Assembly (NCBI GenBank): GCA_030324005.1
Contig: JARDVH010000106.1
Location: forward strand, 37,163,042 to 37,227,041
DNA length: 64,000 nt
Reading direction: 5' to 3'
From: Negaprion brevirostris
Lineage: Eukaryota
Shown piece by piece: positions 26,721 to 39,412 of this stretch. A program made the position numbers and the translations under genes. The stretch's first letter is position 1. Every line of letters begins with the position of its first letter. Below the pieces are notes generated by a model. It searched no databases and was not told where the DNA came from. It saw only the letters and a list, made by a program, of their open reading frames with translations.

Positions 26721-27949
26721 CAAAAGGGCACACAGACACACGTGCATACACACACGATTTAGTGACACCATATGGCCAAAACTTCCATAGCAGAGAAACA
26801 GAAACATATTTGCACAAAGAATAAATTGGACACCATCTCTAAGTGATGAAGCAATGTTACTGAATGCTCAACTGTAAACAATTGCACTAGAAAACAATTC
26901 TAAGACTTTAAATAAAAATGTTTATTAATTTCAACCTCCCACAGTATCGTTTTTCAGTGGAGGTTTCTTACAGGCATGACCACAAATCAACTTCTCTAAA
27001 AAAACAGTTATCTAGGGATGCACTATAACGTGGTGGAAAAACAGCATTTCACTTTATTCCTGTCTGCTTACAATGATATATTTCTCCTGAAATTGGGGGC
27101 CAAAAAGAAAATTCTCAACTTTATAGGATGCCTACACTTCGCACCAGCAATTCTTAATAAAACAATGAGTATTTTGGCATTTGACACCAAGGTCAGGGTG
27201 GCCAACCATTCTGTATTTTGTATGATTGTTCTGCCCCACCACGAAAATTAAAAGACAGTTAACTTTTAGTGAGGAATGGCTTCATAATTGGGACTATAAT
27301 GGTTGGTTGAAATTCTACACTGAAAGTAAGCACGAACCATTCTACACTGCCTTCCCAAAAGTTTCTTGGACTGAGTGACATTAAACTGCACACTCCGAGA
27401 CAACACAAGGCAAAAGTAAGGGCGACTGCTAGTTGGAAAAACAAGAGTTTATTGTACAAGAAAAAAAAGTTTTGTCATCCACATCCAGCTGCAAAAAGTG
27501 AACAAGGAAACAAATGTAACCTCTGAAGAAACTTACATTAAAAAGTTTCCATGCAAGACTCCAAATTAAATTACTGAAAGTTATTCACAAACATACGGAA
27601 TAACTGTTCAACACTGGTACTTCATTTTAAAAAATTGAGGCCAAGGAATCTCAGCTTTGCCTTTCACCAAAGATTCTGCAGCGACAGAAAAGGTATTTTG
27701 AACAAGTGGCTTCCTTTGTTTTCATCCTTCAGCAGTAAAGATTATACACAGCACTTACAGACCTATTTTAGATAGATGAAGAGAATCATGAAGGTGACAA
27801 TGACTGCACAAGAAACTCTACCTCCTATTGTGCCAACTTGGTCCCAGTGTTTGAAGAAGCCAAACTAAAGTTGATGGAAACATCCACAACTGAGCATTAA
27901 ATGATGCAATTCAACAATTGTATAGCAAGCTCCACAGAGGTAACACCAT

Positions 27950-28620
27950 GCTGTGCAAATATCAAGCAATGATCACTGCCAAGAGGAACTAACCATCTCC
28001 ACTATACATTCAAAGGAATTACCATCATTGAATCCCTCACCATCAACATTCTGGAGCTTAGCATTGACCAGAAACTGGACGGGACCAGCCATACTTCTGC
28101 TACATGAGGAGTTCAGAAGCTCGGAATTGTGTGAGTAATTTGTTTTGACTCCCAAAGCCTGTCCACCACCTATAAGGTGGTGAAGTCTGGTGTGTGATTA
28201 AAACACTCCCCACTTGCTAGGATGAGTGCAGTTCCAGCAACACAAGAAGCTTGATGCCATCAAAGACAAAGCAGCCCACTTGGTTGGCACCATCCACCAT
28301 TTTAAAGATTCACTCCTTCCATCACCAATGCATAGTAGCAACTCACCAAAGCTCCTTCATCAGCACTTTCCAAAACCAAAATCTCTGCCATCTAGAAGAA
28401 CAGGGTCAACAGTTGCAAGGGAACACCACCTGCAAGTTTCCCCCGCAAGCCATACCATCCTGGCAGAGAAGTATAACGCAATTCCTTCAATGTGGTTTGG
28501 TCATAATCTCTTCCTACCTGCACCACATGGGTTGCAGCAGCTCAAGACAACTCACCACCATCTTCTGGTGGCTGAGCCATTGGTGCCTGATGCAAGCCAT
28601 GAAAGAAATTTCAAAAATCA
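27950..28620 (+). mobile_element. Old LINE 3' region (same family as 25090-26720 and 22420-22600)
   Basis: Shared blocks attgaccagaaactg, aacaccacctgcaagtt and gcagcagctcaag..ctcaccacca. Confidence 0.6.
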
Positions 28621-29399
28621 ATAGGCCGTTTCTTTGGTTACTAAACATATGTGCACTAGCTCAGCTTCCTGGTCACTGTAGGGAAGAAATAACAAATAAT
28701 TTAATTATTTGCAACTAGGCAACAAATTGGTAGCTTAAAAAGTTGTTTGACTGCGACGACTAACAACCCGCTATTTTCTCTGAGATGTCTGAACTTAAGT
28801 GATGATTTCAAGTTTGACTTTGTAGTTGACTATGGAAGACCTGTTCAAGATATAGTCAGCTGACGTTCTATATACCATAGAATCTCTACAGTACAGGAGG
28901 TCGCCATTCGGCCCATCAAATCTGCGCTGACTCTCCAAAAAGAGGATCTAATCACTGTTAAAAGGCTGCTGATTATGACAAGTTCCAGAGAAATGGATTC
29001 AGATATTTAGAACATGCAAGGATTTGAGAAATTTATACACCCTAGGATCAATTTACCTTAAGCATACTCCCATCAAATGCACAAGTTAAGCATGTTCTCT
29101 TCAATTAGACAAAAAAAATTGAAGAAATAGGTGATCTATAAAGGCTGGACTGTAACCAAACTGTAATTACCTAACTTCAGACAGTGAATTTATAGCCTTT
29201 GCGCAATCAATCAGTTCATGGTCTGCTAAAGGCTGCATCAAAATAAAAGTATCATATACCAAGTGATTTCATTCAGACTATATATTTCTGATCTATTACT
29301 TCAAATGTATAAGTTTAATCAAAAGCAAGTGTTCACAAGGAAAGCTCACTGCAAGATTTCACATTTACATCAAGCTTCTATTGGGATTATACAAACACT

Positions 29400-30555
29400 G
29401 GAATTATGGAGAATAGGCCACTCCACCCTTCAAACCTATTCTGTCATTCATTAAAATCATGGCTGATCGGATTTTAACCTTAATCTCACGTTCTTGCTTA
29501 TCGCCAATATCTTTCAACTCCTTGTTATTCAATAACCTATCTAGCTCTACCTTAAAAACAAAGATTCTGCACAATTGTTAGTACTGCCGCCTTGCAGCAC
29601 CAGAGACCCCGGGTTTGATTCCAGCTTGCACATTCTCCCCGTGTCTGCATAGATTTCCTCCGGTACTCCGGAGGTCTCCCACAGTCCAAAGGTGTATGGA
29701 TTAGATGAATTAACCATGGTAAACGTGTGGAGATGGGGCAAGGGAGAGCGACTGGGTAAGATACTCGAGGGGCCAAATGGCCCCCTTCTGCATTGTAGGG
29801 ATTTTATTATTCAACAGGCATTTGAGTAATAAGTTCCAAAAAGAGACAAGCCTCAGAAAAAAAAAATCCCTGCTGTCTTAAATGAGCAACCCTTTATTTT
29901 TAAACAGCAACTCGCTAGTTTAGATCCTCCCACAAGTTGAAGCATGCTCCCCACATCCATCCTGGCAAGATCCCTCAGGATCTTATGTTTCGAGTCTCTC
30001 ACTCTTCTAAACTTCAGTAAATACAAACTTAACCTGTACACCATTTCCTCCCAAGACAACTCATCCTATCTGAATGGCTTCTAATGAATTTCCTTAAATA
30101 AGGAGACAAATACTGTACTCCAGGTGTGGCTTCATCAATGCCTGCTACAATCGAAGCATAATTTTCCCAGTTTGGTAATCAATTCCCCTCACAATTAACA
30201 AAACATTCTATTATCTTTACTGATTACTTGCTGCATTTGCATACTAACATTTTGCAATTCATGCACAAGTACACCCAGATCCCTCTCCATCTCAGAGCTT
30301 TGCAATCTTTCACGACTTAGGTAATTTTTAAAAAAATTCTTCTTACCAAAATGAATTATTTCACATTTTTCCACTACACATCCCATTTGCCAGATATTTG
30401 CCCACTGACTTAACCTACATCCCTTCGTAACCACCTCTTCACAATTTACGTTGACTGATTAGTGTCGCCAGCAAATTTTGGTCCATTCAAATTATTTATA
30501 TTATTTATAAACAAAACATCAAGGCCCCAGCACTGATCCCTGTAGCACACCGCTC
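29400..30555 (-). mobile_element. Decayed CR1 with nested SINE
   Basis: Reverse ORF 30195..30434 (RLSQWANIWQM..EKCEIIHFG..ERDLGVLVHE); reverse tail near 29410. Confidence 0.8.
29569..29812 (+). mobile_element. V-SINE/HE1-like SINE
   Basis: tRNA-like head (gcacaattgttag...gggtttgattcc), core ttgcacattctccccgtgtctgc...ctcccacagtccaaag, CR1-like tail. Confidence 0.8.
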
Positions 30556-31050
30556 CTCTCCCTCCCTCACACGCTCACGGCTCTTCCACCCTCGCACNNN
30601 NNNNNNNNNNNNNNNNNNNNNNNNNNNNNNNNNNNNNNNNNNNNNNNNNNNNNNNNNNNNNNNNNNNNNNNNNNNNNNNNNNNNNNNNNNNNNNNNNACT
30701 AAGCTATGCATCATACAAACCTTTCAAACTCATTGCAACACTTAGCATATTGCTCTCCAACTAGTCTCCACTGTAACTGATTACCAAAATGGGGAAATTA
30801 TGCTTCAACTGTACAAGGCATTGATGAAGCCACACCTGGAGTACAGTATTTGTCTCTTTATTTAAGGAAACGCATTAGAAGCTATTCAGATTGGACAAGT
30901 TGTCTTGGAAGGAAATGGTGTACAGATTAAGTTTGTATTTACTGGAGTTTGGAAGAGTAAGAGACTTGAAACATAAGATCCTGAGGGATCTTGACAGGAT
31001 GGATGTGGAGGAGGATGCTTCAATTTGTGGGAGAATCTAAACTAGGGAGT
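29910..31050. repeat. Inverted repeat with ~270-bp arms (29910-30181 and 30778-31050)
   Basis: Arms align by eye as reverse complements along their length, e.g. caaatactgtactccaggtgtggcttcatcaatgcc / ggcattgatgaagccacacctggagtacagtatttg. Confidence 0.85.
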
Positions 31051-34000
31051 CACTTTAAAATTTTTTTAAAATTTACTAATTTTTTAAAAAAACTCATCCC
31101 TCTTCAGAAAAAAAATCATTCACACTGAAGAAACATATCACAAAGCTAAACATGTTTATTTTTGTCAATCAAGTAGAAATTCACTGTTGAGAAGGATACA
31201 CACTGACTACTAATAAATGCAGTTTCCCATTGGTGCCAACATGCAGAAAAGACTGATGCTTGTCCCTATAGACATCGCTCTTTAAAAAGAAACACCAGTA
31301 ATGAGTTAATTTTCCTATAAAGTGCTCATGCTGTACTTATAATTTTTTAAAGGGGAAAGGGAGGAATCCATAGTTTAACGGCTCCTTAGGTACATGCCAA
31401 GTCATAGCTCAGCAGTCCATGCAGTATAAACGTACTCTTGGCAAGCAGTAATACTTTTACTGCTTGTAGCCCATAGATACAAGTTTATATCAATTTTACA
31501 AAACAAAAATATTGCTTAACACACCCCGATCAAGATGGTAAATATTGAGAACACTGAAACCATTGACTTTATTCCACTCAGCAAACTTTCATTTCAGAGC
31601 TCCTGTAATTTTTCATACTTTAATTTACACCATTTCCTTACATCGGCTTCTCCATGCCTATCAGCTATTTTCGCATTGTCATTTCTTAATGACTTTTCGT
31701 TGTCTCTCAATTTTTATATACCTAAGTTTTTAATAGTTTAAAGGCTATTCAGCCCCTCAACCTCATCTTACTGACTAAAATAATCACCCTCAACCCACTA
31801 TTTTTCAATTACTAATTCAAACAAATACAAACAAACACAACTTTTTCTTTAAAAGATGCTGAGTGACCTGCTATGTATTTTTAGAAATAATCTATTTTAC
31901 TTCATTATNNNNNNNNNNNNNNNNNNNNNNNNNNNNNNNNNNNNNNNNNNNNNNNNNNNNNNNNNNNNNNNNNNNNNNNNNNNNNNNNNNNNNNNNNNNN
32001 NNNNNNNNATAATCTATTTTACTTCATTATACTGAAGATACTTTACATCCATTCTTGGAGATTACAAGCCACTGCAGAAGTAGACTGTACTCAGGAAATG
32101 AGTTCTTTATCCTCAAAAGACATAACATTTGTGAGCGAATAAAGCACTTTCAAGACTGTTTATGTGAAGGTGGCTATTTGATAATGCTATAGTTCACACA
32201 CCAACAGCACACCTTACCAATTCAATTTCCAAATCAGACTATCACTGTTGATGTGAGGTACTTAATATTATTGACTAATACTTTATTTGTCATGTTGCGC
32301 ACTTTGTTCTGCTTATTCACTAGCAGCTTACAATTAAGCCCAAACAAAAAAGTGGATCTGTTTGGACACAATCTGAAGAAACACAAGTCTGGAATTATTG
32401 TTGCTCAACTATCTGTGAAGTACTGGTGGGTTACTGAAGACTTCCAGAATTTATTCCTCCCTTTAACTCCCTAATGTTGCTGCTTTTAACTGCAGGAGAA
32501 AACTGCACACTAAGTCATCACTGAGCTAATCAGCTGTTAAATGATCTGAGAGCCATGAACCATTTTATTTGTGCAGAGAGGAGCAAATCATGTTTAGCTA
32601 TTTCAGTCTGTTGGAAATGCAAGGTACCCAGGTTTTGTACACCAATTTTAGTGACCAGGCTATAGAGGTGCTCATTCCAAAAAAAATGCAGAAAAGGAAA
32701 GCTGTATTATTTCTAAATTATTTACCCTCAGCATGTGAGCAACCCTAGTAAGCCCAGTATTTACTACCCATTCTTAATTGCCCTCAAGGTGGTGATGATA
32801 AGCCGCCTTCTTTGACACAATCCTGTTAGGTGGGGTTCCATGCTTTTGAGCATATGCAAAATGCTTCAGAACATGACAATCAAACCCACTGCTTTGTTCA
32901 GGAGGGATTAAATTCAAAGGACAGCAGTGTGAGAAAATATGTAACAGCATTCAGATTGGGCATACAATCCAGCATATTTAACTCAAAATATCCAAATCAT
33001 TGCTACCAGTCTTCCAACTCACCCTAGGCTCTTTGACCTGCTCCCAGTTGAGTAACACCGCTGGTTTTTAAATTCTGACAGTTTTCAAATCCNNNNNNNN
33101 NCTAACCCCTTCATATATTTTAATACTTGCAGTTCTACAAAACCCAATCCTCAGCAGATAATTGTACTCTTGTAATTCCAACCTCTTGTGCATACCTAAT
33201 TTTAATCACTTGACATGCATTCATGACTGCCTAGGCAGTACATCCTGGAATTTCCTCCATAAAACTTTGCTTTCCTACGTTTAAGACCTCCATTAGAATT
33301 TGGTCAAAGAAGTAGTGTTATCATCTAACATCTCCTTACATGGCTGCGTCAAACTCTTTGATAACTTATGAAATGCCTTGGACCACTTCACTACATTAAA
33401 GGCTGTGAAAAAAAGCAAGTAGTTGGTGGTAGGGATAAGAAAAGAGACACTAGTTTGGGCATCGTGATACAATTCAAATTGACTATGTGCAGACAAGTAA
33501 TTCATTTGAGTTTAGAAGGACTAATTGCCAAGATTCTATGCTGTGCTAATACTTTATTCTGACCAAGTCCAAGTAAAATGAATGAACAAATTATAAATGA
33601 ATTGATTGCACCTTGTTTACTTACTTTGTGTCACACTAATTTGCTTTACCATTTAATGCTAACTACATCTTTTAGAATGATGTTTTCGTGCTTTGCAGAG
33701 ATGCTGAGAATAATACAGGGTACTCACATGTTTAGGGACTGGCTATGATCCAGCCCTGTTTACCTCAATGCACACAACTAAAATCAGACAGCAACATTTC
33801 AAGCTACATTATTCAGCAAACCTGGAGACTGATGTCAGTAACAATATTTGTAATTCCAGATACCAAATTCTTGACAAAATGTTGAAATAACAAGTTCAAC
33901 TGTTCTGCCTCGAATATAGAAATCATAGGGTCAGCTTCTACTACAGAAGAGTATCTAGGTAATCCCTAAAGTATGCATGTAAAACTTGCATGTTTGCTGG

Positions 34001-35737
34001 GAGCTATATTATCTGAACTCAACTATGATCACATGCAAATACAGTGAAGATGGGATACAGATTCTGTTCATTACTGGGAATCATTTAAATATGGAACCAC
34101 ACTCTATCTGGAGAATAGGGATAGTAGAAAGTGTCTGAAAGAAAAATATACAAATGTCAGTTCAATTTGCAGCTCCCTATGCTTTGGTTAGAAATTAATT
34201 GTTTGTAATGTATGTCCTTCCCCCAAGATCATTGGCTGTGGCAACTGTGAAAAATCATAGTTGCAGTTTGCAACATTCAACGTAGATTGTGACAGACTGG
34301 ACTCCATTCTGCTTCATGTTATTTTTCTCTTAATTGGAAATTACTATTTTCCATTACAGAATATGTCAGGCCAAGGGATTGAGTTTCTTTTAGAAACTGT
34401 TGTCTTACCACCTGGGTCTATAACTTTTAATGTCCTGGTAAGCTTTTGAACTGTACAGAACAAACTCCTGGATGTTTGAAAGAAAATATTGTTTTCTGTT
34501 ATGTGCGCGTAATAGAATGCAAGCTTACAGGTATAACTAATAGCCTGGATTTTGCAGTTAGCAGCAAAGCAAGGCTTTCACCACTGACCTCAAAAAAAGC
34601 TGCTCACAAAGATCCAGTGATCTCTGAGGTTCAACTTCACCTTTTCCAAATGTTAATTTGATGTTAAGGTGTCCAGCAACAGTAATGTCATCAAGCAGGG
34701 CAAGAATTCTCAGACAGCAAACCAGGAAGTAAAATTCAGCAATTATCCCTTCACATATTTTTTTAAAATAGAGCAAAATAAAGATTGGGACATACACATT
34801 AAAAGTTGGAATATCAAACAAACTTTTTAAAATTACAAAGCCATGAAATCAATGGCAAAAACTGACTTTGTACAAATATAAAATTAGTTTTTTTCCAGGG
34901 CCAGTGAGGTTCTTCAGTTATGACTTAAGCACATAATTAAAACCTAGTCATGCCCCATTAACAAGGTATACATCACAATGTAAAAGGGAAAGTTCTTGAT
35001 TGATTTCATCTATGGAGATCGTAAAAGTGTATAATCACTGATGGATTTAACTGTACATGTTTCTGTTGGTTTTAAAGGAATAATGATGATGAATGCTGGC
35101 AATTTTGCTGTCATTACCACCATAAAATCCAGGCTAATATCTCTAATGGGCAAGTCATCATCAATAGGTAGACCTACAAAAATTAGTTGGGTATGCAGTA
35201 TGTTGACAACTTCATTGAAATGCAATGCAGGCATCTTTCAAAAACATTTAATGCAGAACCATTGCAATAAGGAAAGCATCCTTCACCTCATGCATCTCAG
35301 CAGGATTCGAAACAGATTGATGGAGAGGATAGTTCCATAATTGTACAGTTTCAGTGCACCGTTTTCAAGGATGTCAAGAGCTCAACTTAAATACTGTGCT
35401 AATTAGAGATTTAGTTGAATCCTGTCATGTTCACAACAACATCAAATGGACATTAAGAAAGTTCTAAAAGATTTTAGACTGGTTGTTGTCACAACAATTT
35501 AACACTATAATTGGCCCAAAGACAACACAATTTATAATTTTACATTACTATAAAATATTTTAACAGACATTCTAACACAGTAGGAAAGGCACAATAAATT
35601 GCCCAAGAAATACAAATTTCTCAATTTTTATTTAATAAAAATGGTATATCTAGAAGCAAAATCTTATTCCCAGTGCACTTTTTTCCATTTTTTCCAATTT
35701 TAAAATAAAAATCAATGTGATCTATACAATATATTAC

Positions 35738-35760
35738 CTTCATAATTAGTGAGATAGCAC
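35738..35760 (-). other. Candidate 23-nt cassette microexon (frameshifting) in the intron after the exon-5 equivalent
   Basis: Minus strand reads tctgtttttgtag|GTGCTATCTCACTAATTATGAAG|gtaata, in a stretch with no recognisable TE. No transcript evidence. Confidence 0.4.
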
Positions 35761-37505
35761 CTACAAAAACAGATTATATGGGGCTGCAGTGAATTACAAA
35801 TCTGAAAACATCAATCTTCAACATTATAAGCCTAACAATAGCTGAAAAGCAATATGATAGTCAACACATAAATCATAACTTCTGATTTTAGAAAGTAAAA
35901 ACACTTTACAAAAACAGGTTCCAATATAAACAAGTTTATTGGTTGCTCCATTTGTTTCTGTTGCCTTTGCTTTGACTGAAAAAAAGGCCACAGATTCTAA
36001 ACCACAAAGGAAATAAGGGCACTGACTGAATGTGTGGCAAAGGCTTTTAATTTTAAAAAAATCTGTAAAAAACAACAAAGCCAGATCTCTGGCAATTCTG
36101 GAAAGTTAAACGCATGTATGTTACAATGTTTTCACTGTACCACAACCTCCACTACATTGCCTGCATAACTGCCAACAAGGGCAACCAGTTTTTCAATTAC
36201 AAACGTTAATGAAACGTGTCAATATTTAACTTCTCAAGCAGCTGAAACTAAAGCACCTTTCATGGTTTGGAATAAAGATGCATTTTATTCAAATTGCTTA
36301 AATTAACAAAACGAATGAACATAAAGTCAGTCTGAAATTCAGTGTACAGTAAAATACAGAATTCTAGCCTTCAGCTATATAAAAAAACATTTTTCTCACG
36401 TCCCACACCAAAGAAAATGCAAGAGGTTACTAGAGATAGATGATTACACACAGAATACCAGAATCTCCACGATGTACCAATGGTGGGATTAAACTGCAAA
36501 TATAGCAAGGAATGGGGCATCTCATTGTGCTGATTTAGAATGGCCAATAGTTACCCCACCCCCCTCTCCCTTTGCCAAATCTAGTGGATTTGGGACAAAG
36601 CAAATTCAACAATTTGACCCAACTAAGAATGGCTGCAACTCGTAGAGAAGTCATTAATATTTCAATAGCTGGGTAATATAGAATTTCAGCAATTTGTATA
36701 ATTTGATTTGGATCACAAATTTTAACATACCAGATCTCCTATGTTATCACACAAATCAAAGGACATGATGTATTACAACCAAGAAGAGTTTGTATCATGT
36801 AGGAGATAAACACAAAGCCATTTCTAGTGACTGATTAATTCACATTTAATTTTAATTTAATTTTCTAGGACACTTGCTGCTAATTGAAGGATTAGATTTC
36901 ATAATTGACCATTAATCCAAAACATATTGGAAACAGGTGGTCTTTATTTCAGTTGATTCCTGCAATGTTATATCAAAGATAAAATGTCCTATTTACTTCA
37001 AGCAGAACTGGAAGATGGACCTGTTGGAGGTGGAAAGAGAGAATGAAATTGAAAGAGGTGTGAAAAAGAAAGTGGGTATGCAAAGGAGATCTGGGTGGCA
37101 AGGAGTTGGGGATAAGCGAATGAGGATAGAGGGTTCCTAACAAGCTCCAATGTGATGTTTCCTCCTGCTTGTCCCACTTCCAGTGATTAAAAGAGGTAAG
37201 ATCAGGGAGTGAAAACTGGGGAATTAATGCAGTAAATACTGTTTCCCATTTTAATAGGTTTACAGTAATGATGCCATGTCAAATCAGCCAGAAGTGGGCA
37301 AGGAGCAAGGAACAAAAACCCACATTTTCAACAAAACTCCAGTTAGCCTATTTTACAAGCTATGTATCCAACACCAGCAGCAACAAACTCATGCCTCACG
37401 CAAAAACAAATACATTGTTCCAAATAAACAGCTTAACTAATTTTCAGATTCTATTTTATTGTATGTGTTTAATTGCAACTAAAGAACAATAAATATTTTA
37501 CTCAC

Positions 37506-37564
37506 CATTGAAATGCATTATAATGGAAGTAGACAAGACCAAGGCCATATAAAAAGGCAGCATT
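37506..37564 (-). CDS. KDM6A: KDM6A/UTX-family coding exon (equivalent to exon 5)
   Basis: 59 nt; ttttttccccatag|AAT ... ATG|gtgagt; encodes NAAFLYGLGLVYFHYNAFQ(W). Absent from the ORF track; read manually. Confidence 0.96.
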
Positions 37565-38937
37565 CTATGGGGAAAAAAATGTTAACAATGTAATGAAGTC
37601 AACAAACCCCAGTTTTGTTTTATGATTTGTCACAACAGACCAATACATGGATTAACTCATTCATTCTATCTCTCCACATAGAATCTACATGCAAAATAAT
37701 TACCTAACAGTAATCACTTGTATTTCAAGCTAATGAACAGCAAATGCAGTGTTTTGATATGTAAGCATCTCACAGAAAACTTATATAGCATTATTAACAT
37801 AGAGAATCGTCCCAGAGCTCCAGGAACCATCAGTAGATGAAAAAAAACGATAAATCAAAGGAGTTATGAATGGGACGACTTGAAGTGTTTGCTTAAAGTA
37901 TATTTTAATGAATGCCTTCAATGACGTTGGGGAGGTGAAGAGGTGTTGAAGGTGACGACCCTGAACTGTGGGGGCCAGGCAGAAGGTGCAACAGCAACAG
38001 GGAGTGATGCATAACAAATCAGTCAGTGGAACAGTTCCCAGAAGACAGCAGACCTTGAAGAGGTTAAAAGCAAAGGATTCAAAACCAAATATCAAATTGG
38101 ACAATTGGAACTAATGTCGCTCACCGAGGATGTGTGTGATGTGAGAGGTGGACATAATAATAGTTAAAATATTGGAACCAACTTTGGATATTAAGTTTAC
38201 AGAATTTGAAGAGCATTCGAATAATCAAGCTTGAAAAATAACAAAAGCACGAATGAGAGAATTTAGTGGCACACGGACCAAAGCAGTGGCACAGGAGAGC
38301 AAAGCAAGTCTAGGTAGCCTTTGGTGAAAAGGATATATTCAGAAGCTCAGTTTATGGTCAAACAGGATTGCAAAACAACAGGATGCAATAAATAGAGACA
38401 GTGATCAGGCAGAGAGGTGAAATGGCAGGCCAAAGTACAGAATTGTACAGGAGAGTCAAAGAGATGAGCCAAATCTCAACATGGAGTTTCAAATGTGCAG
38501 TTCTAGAAAGAGGGGGAGTTTTAGGAGGCAATACAGTCAAGGAGGGTGCTGATGGCAGACTCTTGGAAGAAAGAGAAAAATTTAAATTCCAAACTCTTGG
38601 AATTTCAAAATGCAATTCTAATCAACTTTGGTAAGTGATCTTTTTCAGTGGTCAATACAAAAGGAAACAAGGATGTGGGCGCTGATAGATACAAGAAAGT
38701 GTTTGGAGATGGCCCTGGGGTACAGCAGTTACATCAGAAAACATTGAGCAGATAGCAGGAAAATATGGGTACAAGAGTTGACATGAACTGATGGGACAGC
38801 GAAGACAGCAAAATTAAAGATGGACAAAAGGAGCAGCAACAGTGATTTCAATCTCCATGTACAGAGTTACTTAGTACTAATACGGAGGGAGGAAAGGAGG
38901 CACAACATGTTTCTCAGAATAGATGACGAATAGATGT

Positions 38938-39412
38938 TGATTTGATTTATTATTGCCATATAAGAACATAAGAAATAGGAGCAGGAGTAAGCCATCTAGC
39001 CCTTCGAGCCTGCCCCGCCATTCAATANNNNNNNNNNNNNNNNNNNNNNNNNNNNNNNNNNNNNNNNNNNNNNNNNNNNNNNNNNNNNNNNNNNNNNNNN
39101 NNNNNNNNNNNNNNNNNNNNNNNNNNNACCCCCAACTCCATGCCCCCTTACCTTCTGCAATAACCTCTTGAGGTACCTTGTCAAACGCCTTCTGAAAATC
39201 AAGACAGACCACATCCACCGGCTCTCCTCTATCCACCGCCCTAGACACATCCTCATAGAACTCCAATAAATTATGTACTGGTAGATACTGAAAAGTATTG
39301 TTTCTTGCACACTGTACAGACAAAGCATATCGTTCATACAGTACATAAAGGAGGAGGGAAAGGAGAAGTTGCAGATTGTAATGGTACAGTTATAGTTAGG
39401 GTGTAGAGAAAG
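38938..39412 (-). mobile_element. Rex1/Babar-like LINE 3' tail, split by the CR1 insertion
   Basis: 38938-38958 plus 39271-39412 together match the reverse complement of about 61450-61608. Confidence 0.6.
38959..39270 (-). mobile_element. Young CR1 (gapped) nested in another LINE tail
   Basis: NLLEFYEDVSRAVDRGEPVDVVCLDFQKAFDKVP; reverse tail taagaacataagaaatagg. Confidence 0.88.
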
